A stretch of 64,000 nucleotides of DNA from positions 448,001 through 512,000 of the forward strand of contig CAWCFX010000001.1 of NCBI GenBank assembly GCA_963795085.1, written 5' to 3'. The notes under the pieces were generated by a model. That model saw only the letters and a list, made by a program, of their open reading frames with translations. It was not told the origin of the DNA and did not search any database. A program made the translations under genes and the position numbers. Source of the DNA: an uncultured Gemmatimonadales bacterium. GTDB lineage: Bacteria; Gemmatimonadota; Gemmatimonadetes; Gemmatimonadales; GWC2-71-9. The stretch's first letter is position 1, and each line of letters begins with the position of its first letter. This document shows, piece by piece, positions 19,589 through 28,362 of this stretch.

Positions 19589-20353
19589 ATGCCTAGCCCG
19601 TTGCAGACCATCGTCCGGGATCTCCACCGGCCCCGCGGCCGGGAACGGCGGGGCCTCACCCTCGCAGAGGGAGTGCGGCTGGTCGAAGAGGCGGTGGCGG
19701 CCGGCATCCCGATCCAGGGCGTGGTGCACGCACCCGGCCTCCGCAGGAATCCGCGTGGCGAGGCGCTGCTGGCCCGGTTGGACCAGGCCGGTGTGGCCAT
19801 GGAAACGGTGACGGACGGGGAACTCGAAAAGCTGGCGGATACCCAGCAGCCGCAGGGAATCATCGCCATCGTGACCATACCGCGGTGGAGCCTCCACGAC
19901 CTCGCGGTGGAACGGGGACCCGTGGTGGTGCTCGACGCGGTCCAGGACCCGGGGAACACCGGCACCATCGCGCGGACCGCGCTGGCCTTCGGCGCGGCCG
20001 GCATCGTCTCGCTGCCCGGGAGCGTGGAAGCCGGCAACCCGAAGGTAGTGCGGAGCAGCATGGGGGCCTGCTTCCGGCTGCCGTGGGCGGTTGCGCCGCA
20101 GGAGGCGTTCCTCGCCTGGGCGCGGGAACGGGGGATCTCCATCCTTGCGGCGGCCGTGGATGGCGAACCGGCGAGCGGGGTGAAGGTCCCCGGGCCGGTC
20201 GCCCTGGTGGTCGGCAACGAGGGCGCCGGCGTGAGCTCCGCCATCCGGGATGCGGGCCGGGTGGTGTCCATCCCGATCGCCCCGGGCGCCGAGTCGCTCA
20301 ACGTGGCGGTCGCGGCGGGTATTCTCCTCTACGAGGTCACCCGTGAACGTTGA
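19589..20353 (+). CDS. TrmH/SpoU family RNA 2'-O-methyltransferase
   Basis: VQDPGNTGTIAR, KVVRSSMG, VGNEGAGV, AESLNVAVAAGI SPOUT motifs. Confidence 0.93.
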   Translation: MPSPLQTIVRDLHRPRGRERRGLTLAEGVRLVEEAVAAGIPIQGVVHAPGLRRNPRGEALLARLDQAGVAMETVTDGELEKLADTQQPQGIIAIVTIPRWSLHDLAVERGPVVVLDAVQDPGNTGTIARTALAFGAAGIVSLPGSVEAGNPKVVRSSMGACFRLPWAVAPQEAFLAWARERGISILAAAVDGEPASGVKVPGPVALVVGNEGAGVSSAIRDAGRVVSIPIAPGAESLNVAVAAGILLYEVTRER

Positions 20354-21116
20354 AATGGTAGTGGTGTTCTTCTTCGCCGCCATCGGGGCCGTGGTGGGCA
20401 GCTTCCTCAACGTGTGCATCCTCCGGCTGCCGGCGGAACAGTCGGTGGTACATCCGCCGTCGCGCTGCCCGCGCTGCGGCAGCGGGGTCCGCTGGTTCGA
20501 CAATATCCCGGTCCTTTCCTGGCTGCTGCTCCGGGGCAAGTGCCGCCACTGCCGCAATCCCATCTCGGCACAATACCCGTTGATCGAGCTGGCGACAGCG
20601 GTAATCTGGGCCGGCATGGCCGGCATGTTCGGCAACGAGCTGGACGCACTGCGGGGCGCCCTCTTCCTGACCTTGCTCCTCGGCATCGCCATGACCGATG
20701 CCCGGGAGTACATCATCCCGGACGAGTTCTCGATCGGCGGGCTGCTCCTTGGGCTGGGGTTGAGCCTGGTGTATGGAATGCCCGGCCTGCGCGACGCGGC
20801 GATCGGAGCGGCGGTGGGTTTCGTGGTGCTGTGGCTGGTCGCCTGGCTGGGGAAGCGCGCCTTTCGGAAGGAGGCCATGGGTGGCGGGGACATCAAGATG
20901 ATGGCGATGGTCGGCGCGTTCGTCGGATGGAAAGGCGTATTCCTGACGATCTTTCTCGGCTCGGTGGCTGGAACCCTCATTTTCGGGCCGCTGGCGCTTA
21001 TCGGCAGGAAGAAGGACGTGCCCTTCGGCATTTTCCTCGCGCTGGGTGCGGCGATCACGTTCCTGGCGGGGGACGCGGTGCTGGAGTGGTATCGCGGCTA
21101 CCTGGCCGCGCCATGA
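20343..21116 (+). CDS. pilD: Prepilin peptidase / N-methyltransferase (A24)
   Basis: GSFLNVCI.RLP, SRCPRC, DNIPVLSWLLLRGKCRHC, MGGGDIKM, PFGIFL. Confidence 0.95.
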   Translation: MNVEMVVVFFFAAIGAVVGSFLNVCILRLPAEQSVVHPPSRCPRCGSGVRWFDNIPVLSWLLLRGKCRHCRNPISAQYPLIELATAVIWAGMAGMFGNELDALRGALFLTLLLGIAMTDAREYIIPDEFSIGGLLLGLGLSLVYGMPGLRDAAIGAAVGFVVLWLVAWLGKRAFRKEAMGGGDIKMMAMVGAFVGWKGVFLTIFLGSVAGTLIFGPLALIGRKKDVPFGIFLALGAAITFLAGDAVLEWYRGYLAAP

Positions 21117-22306
21117 GAATTCTCTTCCTGGCGGGCATATGCCTGGCTGGAGGCTGGCTGGCCGGGTGCCGGGGCGAGCCACCCCGGACCCGGAACGACC
21201 TGGCCAGCCTGGTGGACAGCCTCAAACCCTCGGTCGAGCGGGCGGCGGGCCTTCCCTTCAAGCAGCCGATCAAGGCCGCCGGCCGGTCGCGGGAGCAACT
21301 GCGAGCGTATCTCCTCGAGCGGCTCGACACCGATTTTCCCCCGGAGCGGCTCCGGGGCACCGAGATCGCGTACCGGCTTCTGGGGCTCCTGCCGGACACG
21401 CTCGACCTGCAGGAGTTCCTGGTGGACCTGCTGACCGAGCAAGTGGCCGGATTCTACGACCCGCGGACCTCGACCCTGTACGGCATGGAAGGAACCGACC
21501 GAACCGCGCTCTCGCTGATCATGGCGCACGAGATGGTGCACGCCCTGCAGCACCAGTATCTGCCGCTCGATTCGATCCTCCGGCCCCAGGAGGACGATGA
21601 CCGGCAGCTGGCGGCCCACGCGGTCCTCGAGGGCCAGGCCACGCTGGCCTCGCTCAAGGTTTTCCTGCCGCCCGGAGCGACCCTGCCGCCCGAACTCTGG
21701 ACCCAGGCGCGGGACCAGATGGCCGCGGCCCAGGCGAACTCGCCCCGCTTCTCCTCCGCGCCTCTCGTCATTCGCGAGCAGCTGCTCTTTCCCTACCTGG
21801 AAGGGGCGGAGTTCATGCTCTGGTGGGAGAGTTCACCGTTCCGGGACACCATGCCCTACGGTCCGCGGCTGCCCCAGTCCAGCGAGCAGGTACTCCAACC
21901 GGGCCGGTATGGCGCCGACCCGCCCCGCGCCGTTCGGTTCGGATCCGCCGATGCCGCCCTGTTCGAGAACACCATGGGGGATCTGGGCATTCGGATCCTG
22001 GCCGCCGAACTCAGCGGCAGCCGGGAGATCGCGGGGGCACTCAATATCGGGTGGGGCGGGGACCGGTTCCGGGTGTACGATACCGGGCCCGCCGGCGCGC
22101 TGGTCTGGACAATCGTGTGGGACAGCGAGGATGCGGCCACCCGGTTTCACCGGACCACCGGGGCCGCCCTCGCCGCTCCATCGCGTCCAGGGTATCGTAC
22201 CGACCTCGCCCGGCTGGCAGTGGGCGGCTTGCCGGGGACGCGTATCGTGATCGGGCCGGCGGCGTGGGAAGGCTGGGAGAGCCTGCCCGAGGCACGGTTG
22301 CCCTAG
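21113..22306 (+). CDS. Lipoprotein with HExxH motif, putative zincin-like metallopeptidase
   Basis: Lipobox LAGC; QVAGFYDP, AHEMVHALQHQ, EGQAT, LFPY.EG, PQSSEQVL, GWGGDR. Confidence 0.75.
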   Translation: MRILFLAGICLAGGWLAGCRGEPPRTRNDLASLVDSLKPSVERAAGLPFKQPIKAAGRSREQLRAYLLERLDTDFPPERLRGTEIAYRLLGLLPDTLDLQEFLVDLLTEQVAGFYDPRTSTLYGMEGTDRTALSLIMAHEMVHALQHQYLPLDSILRPQEDDDRQLAAHAVLEGQATLASLKVFLPPGATLPPELWTQARDQMAAAQANSPRFSSAPLVIREQLLFPYLEGAEFMLWWESSPFRDTMPYGPRLPQSSEQVLQPGRYGADPPRAVRFGSADAALFENTMGDLGIRILAAELSGSREIAGALNIGWGGDRFRVYDTGPAGALVWTIVWDSEDAATRFHRTTGAALAAPSRPGYRTDLARLAVGGLPGTRIVIGPAAWEGWESLPEARLP

Positions 22307-22352
22307 AGGGAGGAGCGGGCATCATCGCCCCGGGTACCGCGCTCGCCGTACT

Positions 22353-22823
22353 CTACTCGGCGGGACGCCGAGGTTGCCGCGATGAAACCGGCCGCCGTGT
22401 TTTCTGCCGCGATTGTGCTCCAGTTTCCTTACTCTTCTCCATACCCTTCTCCATTTTTCTCCGCAGGTGGGTCCGTAGTCCCCAGGTCAGCCGGGTGGCG
22501 TGATCCCGGAGCGCCTCCAGCTCGCCGTAGTCTTCCTGGTTGACCATGGCTTCATCCCGGGCCAGGATGAGGCCGGACCAGAGCCGGCCCAGTTTGCCGC
22601 AGGCTTCGACGGTTTGCTCATGGAACTCGCCGGGTACCCGGAGCGTGGCTCCCCGTTCCAGGGCTTCGGCGGCCTTGCGGGCGGAACTGCGCACCTCGTC
22701 GCCCAGGACCTCCTGGTGCTCCAGGGGCCACCCGGCAGAGACCCGAAATACAACCCGCGCCAGGTCGTGGCAGGCATGCCAGGCTTTGAGCCGCTCGTGG
22801 GGCTTGGTCCGGGGGGGAGTCAT
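22353..22823 (-). CDS. Four-helix-bundle protein (23S rRNA IVP-like family), divergent
   Basis: HERLKAW..CHDL...VF..S..WP....VLGDEVRSS matches the family N-terminal pattern; helical composition. Confidence 0.72.
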   Translation of the reverse strand: MTPPRTKPHERLKAWHACHDLARVVFRVSAGWPLEHQEVLGDEVRSSARKAAEALERGATLRVPGEFHEQTVEACGKLGRLWSGLILARDEAMVNQEDYGELEALRDHATRLTWGLRTHLRRKMEKGMEKSKETGAQSRQKTRRPVSSRQPRRPAE

Positions 22824-23002
22824 GGACCCAAGCTATGGCGCCCCAACGGGTAAGCGGTAACCAAACGAGCGCGGGCGGGATCGAAATCACTCACCGGGGA
22901 GGTTCGGAGGGCAGGGGGCACGGGCGGAAGGGCTGCGGAACGGCTCCTAACCCCAACTTGAGGCTTGATTTACCCCCGGTCGCCCGGCTATTTTGCCCGG
23001 CT

Positions 23003-24340
23003 ATGTTTGACGAGCTGTCCTCCAAGCTCAACGCCGCTTTAGGCAAGTTGACGGGCCGCGGTGTCCTCTCCGAAGAAGCCGTAACGGAGGGGCTTCGCGA
23101 AATCCGTCGTGTCCTGCTGGAAGCCGACGTCAGCTTCGAGTTGACCCGTGAGTTCCTCGAGCGGGTTCGCGAAAAATCGGTGGGCCTGGCCGCGCTCAAG
23201 TCGGTGCGGCCCGGCCAGCAGATGGTCAAGATCGTCTACGACGAGCTGGTCACGCTGCTGGGCGAGAAGCAGGCGCCGATCGCGTTCGCCTCGGTGCCGC
23301 CGACCGTCATCCTGGTGGTGGGACTCCAGGGTTCGGGCAAGACGACAACCGCGGGCAAGCTGGCCCGGCGGCTCAAGCTGGAGCAGAAGGCGCCGTTTCT
23401 CATCGCGGCCGACGTCTATCGTCCGGCCGCGGTGGATCAGCTGGTGACGCTGGCGCAGCAGGTGGGCGTGGGGGTGCATGCCGAGCCCGGTGTCAGCGAC
23501 GTGGCCGGCATCGTCAAGCGGGGCATCGTGGCGGCGCAGAAGGACCGGGCCCGGTCGGTCATCGTGGACACCGCCGGCCGGCTCCAGATCGACGAGGCGA
23601 TGATGCAGGAGCTGCAGGGCCTCAAGGCGGCGGTCCGCCCCCACGAGATCCTGCTGGTGGCCGACGGGATGACCGGGCAGGACGCGGTCCGCATCGCCTC
23701 CGGCTTCCACGAGGCCCTCGGCATCACCGGCGTCGTGCTGACCAAGATGGACGGCGATGCCCGCGGGGGTGCGGCGCTTTCCATTTATGGCGTGACCCGG
23801 GCGCCCATCAAGTACGTGGGCACCGGCGAACGGCTGGACGCGCTGGAGCCGTTCCACCCGGAGCGGATGGCGGGGCGGATTCTCCAGCAGGGCGACGTAC
23901 TCACCCTGGTCGAGAAGGCCCAGGGTACCGTGGACGCGGCGGAAGCCGAGCGGCTGGCGAAAAAGGCGACCTCCAAGAAGGGGCTGGACCTGGGCGATTT
24001 CCTCACCGCCATGAAACAGATCCAGAAAATGGGTCCTCTCAAGAACGTGCTGGGAATGCTGCCGGGGGTGAACCCGGCGATGCTTTCCGCCGCCAAGGTG
24101 GACGACAAGAAAATGAAGCACGTCGAAGCGATCGTGCTCTCGATGACGCCGAAGGAGCGAGCCGACCCGGATCTGCTCAACGGGTCGCGCCGGATGCGCA
24201 TCGCCCGGGGCTCGGGCCGCACGGTCCAGGAAGTCAACCAGTTGCTGGCCCAGTTCAAGCAGATGTCGAAGTTCATGAAGAATGCGGGGAAACCGGGCAT
24301 GCGGCTGCCGATGGGCCGCGGCTTCCCCGGGATGGGATAG
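23003..24340 (+). CDS. ffh: Signal recognition particle protein
   Basis: LLEADV, GLQGSGKTTT, DVYRPAA, DTAGR, TKMDGDARGG, Met-rich M domain. Confidence 0.98.
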   Translation: MFDELSSKLNAALGKLTGRGVLSEEAVTEGLREIRRVLLEADVSFELTREFLERVREKSVGLAALKSVRPGQQMVKIVYDELVTLLGEKQAPIAFASVPPTVILVVGLQGSGKTTTAGKLARRLKLEQKAPFLIAADVYRPAAVDQLVTLAQQVGVGVHAEPGVSDVAGIVKRGIVAAQKDRARSVIVDTAGRLQIDEAMMQELQGLKAAVRPHEILLVADGMTGQDAVRIASGFHEALGITGVVLTKMDGDARGGAALSIYGVTRAPIKYVGTGERLDALEPFHPERMAGRILQQGDVLTLVEKAQGTVDAAEAERLAKKATSKKGLDLGDFLTAMKQIQKMGPLKNVLGMLPGVNPAMLSAAKVDDKKMKHVEAIVLSMTPKERADPDLLNGSRRMRIARGSGRTVQEVNQLLAQFKQMSKFMKNAGKPGMRLPMGRGFPGMG

Positions 24341-24390
24341 CGCAGCGCGCTGCACGTTTACAGGAAGCTCGCCTCAACCAGGAATCAGGC

Positions 24391-24645
24391 ATGGCAACGA
24401 GAATTCGACTTCGCCGGGTAGGCCGCAAGGGATTGGCGCTGTACCGCATCGTGGTCGCCGACCGGGAAGCTCCCCGCGACGGGCGCTTCATCGCGACGCT
24501 GGGCACTTATCAGCCCAAGCTGGAAAAGGACCAGGTGGTAGTGGACGCGGCCGCGGCCCGCGACTGGATCGCCAAGGGCGCCACCCCGACCGAGACGGTG
24601 GCGTCGCTGCTGAAGAAGGCGGGAGTCTTCGCGCAGCAGGCGTAA
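24391..24645 (+). CDS. rpsP: 30S ribosomal protein S16
   Basis: IRLRRVGRK, YRIVVAD, PRDGRFI, GATPTETV. Confidence 0.98.
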   Translation: MATRIRLRRVGRKGLALYRIVVADREAPRDGRFIATLGTYQPKLEKDQVVVDAAAARDWIAKGATPTETVASLLKKAGVFAQQA

Positions 24646-25167
24646 GTGCAGGGGCTGCTGGTGGTGGCCCGGCTGCGGAAGCCGCACGGGCTCAAGGGCG
24701 AGGTGGCGGTATTCCCGCTGACCGACGACCCGGAGGGCCTGTTCCGGGTGGGACGGAAGCTTGCCATGGTGGACCTGGCGGGCACCCCGGTAGGAGAGCC
24801 GGTGACCATCGAGCGGAGCCGCCCATTTCACCGGGAGTGGTTGCTCAAGTTCACGGGCCTGGACGACCGAGACGGGCTGGAGCCGCTCCGCGACCTGCTG
24901 CTGGCCGCGCCGGCGGAAGATCTCACGCCTCCCGAGGGCGACGAGGTATACCTCCACGAGTTGACCGGGTTTTCCGTGCGGGACGGCGCCGATCAGGCGC
25001 TGGGCCTGGTAACCGGGCTCTACGAAATGCCGGGCGGCCTGATGCTCGAGGTGCAGGGCCCCAAGCGGGAGTTCCTGCTGCCCTATAAGAAGGAGTTCAT
25101 CCGCGGCGTGGACCGAGCGGAACGGCGGCTGGTGGTGGAACTGCCCCAGGGGTTGCTGGACCTGTAA
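24646..25167 (+). CDS. rimM: Ribosome maturation factor RimM
   Basis: KPHGLKGEV, TDDP, Y.HEL.G, PRC barrel ending LPQGLLDL. Confidence 0.95.
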   Translation: MQGLLVVARLRKPHGLKGEVAVFPLTDDPEGLFRVGRKLAMVDLAGTPVGEPVTIERSRPFHREWLLKFTGLDDRDGLEPLRDLLLAAPAEDLTPPEGDEVYLHELTGFSVRDGADQALGLVTGLYEMPGGLMLEVQGPKREFLLPYKKEFIRGVDRAERRLVVELPQGLLDL

Positions 25168-25284
25168 CAGGCCGATGGCACGTGGCAGATGGCACCGCGA
25201 ACGGGAGCGCCGCCACAGGGCCGGACCGGGATGGAGTACCGACGATCACCGGGCCCTGAGCCATCCGCCCCAGGCCATATGCCA

Positions 25285-25965
25285 ATGCTGATCAATGTCG
25301 TTACGCTGTTTCCCGAGGTGTTCGGCCCCTTCCTGGCCACCAGCATCCCGGGGCGGGCGGCGGAAAAGGTCCGGGTGAGTTACCGGGTGGTGCAGCTCCG
25401 GGACTTTACCCACGACAAGCACCACACCGCCGATGACTATGCCTACGGCGGCGGGGCCGGGATGGTGCTCAAGCCGGAGCCCTTTTTCGAGGCGGTGGAG
25501 TCGCTGGCCCCGGCGGGACCGGTGCTCCTGATGTCGGCCCGGGGCCGCCGGTTCGGGCACGACGACGCGGTGCGGCTCTCGCTCCAGACCGAAGTGACCA
25601 TTCTCTGCGGCCACTACAAGGACGTGGACCAGCGGGTGGCCGAGGGGCTGGCGACCGAGGAGCTCTCGGTGGGGGACATGGTTCTCTCCGGCGGCGAACC
25701 GGCAGCCATGTGCGTGATCGACGCCATCGTGCGGCTGCTCCCCGGAGTTCTGGGCGACCACGAGTCGGCGAGCGGAGACTCGCACTACGACGGGCTGCTG
25801 AGCCCGCCCAGTTATACCCGGCCTGCGGAGTATCGCGGAATGCCGGTGCCCGAGGTACTGTTATCAGGTAACCATGCCCGGATCGAGGCATGGAAGCAGG
25901 ACCAGGCGGAACGGCTGACCCGGGAGCGCCGGCCGGATCTCTGGGAGCGGCACCGCCGCGATTGA
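25285..25965 (+). CDS. trmD: tRNA (guanine37-N1)-methyltransferase
   Basis: [44 protein letters not shown]. Confidence 0.97.
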   Translation: MLINVVTLFPEVFGPFLATSIPGRAAEKVRVSYRVVQLRDFTHDKHHTADDYAYGGGAGMVLKPEPFFEAVESLAPAGPVLLMSARGRRFGHDDAVRLSLQTEVTILCGHYKDVDQRVAEGLATEELSVGDMVLSGGEPAAMCVIDAIVRLLPGVLGDHESASGDSHYDGLLSPPSYTRPAEYRGMPVPEVLLSGNHARIEAWKQDQAERLTRERRPDLWERHRRD

Positions 25966-26035
25966 GTGCGGCATCACTATGTTTGACAGGGCCGCCGAAG
26001 GCGGGCCCGCTAATTTCCGCAACGAGGATCGAGCA

Positions 26036-26383
26036 ATGCAGCGTGTAGCCGATGTCGCCCGGGAGGGCTTGAGAACGGACATTCCCGCGTTCAATGCCGG
26101 GGACACCGTGAAGGTCATGGTGCGGGTCCGTGAGGGTGACAAGGAGCGCCTCCAGGCGTTCGAAGGGCTCTGCATTGCCAAGCGGGGCGGGGGCATCAGC
26201 GAGTCCTTCACGGTCCGGAAGGTTTCGGCCGGCGTTGGCGTGGAGCGGATCTTTCCGCTGCACAGCCCGTCCATCGCCTCGCTCGAGGTGGTGCGGCGGG
26301 GCCGGGTCCGCCGGGCCAAGCTGTATTACCTGCGCGCGGTGAGCGGCAAAGCCGGGCGCATCAAGGAGAAGCGAGAGAACTGA
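26036..26383 (+). CDS. rplS: 50S ribosomal protein L19
   Basis: [42 protein letters not shown]. Confidence 0.98.
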   Translation: MQRVADVAREGLRTDIPAFNAGDTVKVMVRVREGDKERLQAFEGLCIAKRGGGISESFTVRKVSAGVGVERIFPLHSPSIASLEVVRRGRVRRAKLYYLRAVSGKAGRIKEKREN

Positions 26384-26386
26384 CGC

Positions 26387-27070
26387 ATGGCGTCGCCATG
26401 CCCTTCGCTCTCCCGCGAAGCGGCGGTCTGGGCGGCGGCACGGCTACTGGTCGGTGTCGATGAAGTCGGCCGCGGTCCCCTGGCTGGTCCAGTGGTGGCC
26501 GCGGCCGTCATTTTCCCCCCCCGGGTCAAACGCCTCAACGGGCTCCGTGACAGCAAAGTGCTGCCGGCCCGGAAACGGGAAAAACTGGCGGCCAAGGTCC
26601 GGGAGCGTGCGCTCTGTTTCGCGGTCGGCGCCGCGTCGGCACGGGAGATCGACCGATTCAATATCCGGGTGGCCAGCGCCATCGCGATGCGGCGGGCCAT
26701 CCGGCGGGTCATGAGGATGCTGAGCCAGGCCCATCCGGGCTGCTGGGAAGCCGAGTCCCTGCATATTCTCATTGACGGACTGCCCCTGCCGGAACTGGGG
26801 TACCGGCACGAAGCCCTGGTGGACGGCGACGCCCATTGCGCCTCCATCGCTGCCGCTGCTTGTGTCGCCAAGACCGTGCGCGACGAACTGATGTGCCGGC
26901 TGGCCCGCCGCCACCCCGGGTACGGATGGGAAACCAACGCCGGCTACGCGACCGATCACCACTGCAAGGCACTGGACCGGATGGGCCCTACACGGCACCA
27001 CCGCATGACCTTCGAGCCCATCGCCCAGCTTAAGCTTTTCGTTGATGGCGGCGTCCTGCCGGCATATTAG
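26387..27070 (+). CDS. rnhB: Ribonuclease HII
   Basis: GVDEVGRGPLAGPVVAAA, LRDSK, LIDG, SIAAA..VAKT.RD, HHRMTF. Confidence 0.96.
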   Translation: MASPCPSLSREAAVWAAARLLVGVDEVGRGPLAGPVVAAAVIFPPRVKRLNGLRDSKVLPARKREKLAAKVRERALCFAVGAASAREIDRFNIRVASAIAMRRAIRRVMRMLSQAHPGCWEAESLHILIDGLPLPELGYRHEALVDGDAHCASIAAAACVAKTVRDELMCRLARRHPGYGWETNAGYATDHHCKALDRMGPTRHHRMTFEPIAQLKLFVDGGVLPAY

Positions 27071-27073
27071 ATT

Positions 27074-27150
27074 CACGCTGCACGCTGCACGCTGCACGCT
27101 GCACGCTGCACGCTGCACGCTGCACGCTGCACGCTGCACACTGCACGCTG
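27074..27150 (+). repeat. Tandem heptamer array (CACGCTG)x11
   Basis: Ten perfect units plus one CACACTG, filling the rnhB to tRNA-Lys gap. Confidence 0.97.
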
Positions 27151-27155
27151 TTTTC

Positions 27156-27228
27156 GCGCCTGTAGCTCAATTGGTAGAGCAAGCGGCTTTTAACCGCTAG
27201 GTCGTGGGTTCGATTCCCACCGGGCGCA
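27156..27228 (+). tRNA. tRNA-Lys(TTT), CCA not encoded
   Basis: Acceptor GCGCCTG/CGGGCGC, D arm AGCTCAATTGGTAGAGC, anticodon arm AGCGG-CTTTTAA-CCGCT, T loop GGTTCGATTCC. Confidence 0.97.
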
Positions 27229-27381
27229 TTCTCTGCAGCCATCCAGCCATCCAGCCTCCCGGCCTTCCTGACGCCCCCGCGCCACAACAAGCATTGTTTT
27301 GCAGCCTTGGTGTCGGGATTTAGCACAGTTGTAAAGCCATACACCCCAATCTGATAGCCGAATGACTGCCAAGTTCTTTGG

Positions 27382-27397
27382 TGGCGCGGTCCCTGCA
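27382..27397 (+). promoter_or_regulatory. Putative sigma-54 (-24/-12) promoter of the PEP-CTERM gene
   Basis: TGGCGCG-GTCC-CTGCA with GG-N10-GC spacing; upstream TGT-N11-ACA at 27311-27327 and TGTAAA at 27330. Confidence 0.55.
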
Positions 27398-27455
27398 CTG
27401 GAATCCGGCATCTCGAGCCATGTCCACTGTCCTGTGCCCCGGAGAAGGGTGACTT

Positions 27456-28214
27456 ATGCGTAAGCTTGGATCGGTCCTGACGATGGTCGGGATTTTCGCC
27501 ATAGCCGGCACCAGCTCGGCATGGGCCAACGGATTCCAGTCCTACCGGCTCTGCGGCGGCAACAACTTCGGCACCTGCGCGGCCGTCGAGATCTCGGTGG
27601 TGGGGAACAACGTGTCCATGCGGGTGTGGAACCTCTCCCAGAACCTGGGCGCTACCTACGGCCAGGCGAAGGGAGCCTTCGGCGGAAGCATCCTGGATGG
27701 CATCGCCTTCTTCAACCTTCCGGCGGGCGTCCAGGTCAATACCGGCTCGCTGTCGGTCTCCGGACCCGGTGCCAGCGCCAACCACGGCTGGGCGCTCAAG
27801 AATTACGGCTCGGCGAATGCCTTTGCGGTGGATGCGAGAAATGGCCCGAACCACGCGCTGACCGGCGGCATCGGCAGCGGCTGCGCCGGCGTCAACCAGC
27901 TGACCAACGCACCCACCAATCTCATGGTGAATCCGTGCTCCAGCCTGAGCGGGCCCGGCAACTGGGTCACGTTCAATTTCCAGGTAGTCGGGAACTGGAA
28001 CCCGGGAGGTTCGGACCTGAGCATCCGGTCTTACAATCAGATGACGGGACAGAGCAGCGAGTTCTGGACCGGCGTGGGCCCCAACGGTAACGCCTCGGTG
28101 GCGGTCACCGTCACCCCCGAGCCAGTCACCATGACCCTGCTTGCCACCGGCCTGGCGGGCATGGGCGGCGCGGGACTGGTTCGCCGACGGAGAGAAAAGG
28201 GGGCCAGAGGGTAA
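27456..28214 (+). CDS. PEP-CTERM sorting domain-containing secreted protein
   Basis: Signal peptide (SAWA), Asn/Gly/Ser-rich body, C-terminal VTPEP + hydrophobic helix + RRRREK. Confidence 0.92.
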   Translation: MRKLGSVLTMVGIFAIAGTSSAWANGFQSYRLCGGNNFGTCAAVEISVVGNNVSMRVWNLSQNLGATYGQAKGAFGGSILDGIAFFNLPAGVQVNTGSLSVSGPGASANHGWALKNYGSANAFAVDARNGPNHALTGGIGSGCAGVNQLTNAPTNLMVNPCSSLSGPGNWVTFNFQVVGNWNPGGSDLSIRSYNQMTGQSSEFWTGVGPNGNASVAVTVTPEPVTMTLLATGLAGMGGAGLVRRRREKGARG

Positions 28215-28361
28215 GGGGGCCAGAGGGTAAGGGGGCCAGAGGGTAAAGGGGGTCAGGGTCAGTAAAGGGGGTCAGGGGGCAAGCAAGAGGGCAGCGACCG
28301 AACCGTCGCTGCCCTCTTGCTCGCTCCTACCCCCTGGCCCCCTGACCCTCTTGCCCCCTTG
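28197..28361. repeat. G-run octamer-period repeat arms in inverted orientation around a hairpin
   Basis: (AAGGGGGCCAGAGGGT)x3 then GGGGGTCAG units on the left; C-rich complementary arm 28330-28361 on the right. Confidence 0.85.
28282..28321. terminator. Perfect 17-bp hairpin between convergent genes
   Basis: AGCAAGAGGGCAGCGAC-cgaacc-GTCGCTGCCCTCTTGCT; no clear U tract. Confidence 0.65.
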
Positions 28362-28362
28362 T

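Noticed and set aside
27156..27228. tRNAs lacking encoded CCA as pseudogenes
   Set aside because: Cloverleafs are intact; post-transcriptional CCA addition is common.
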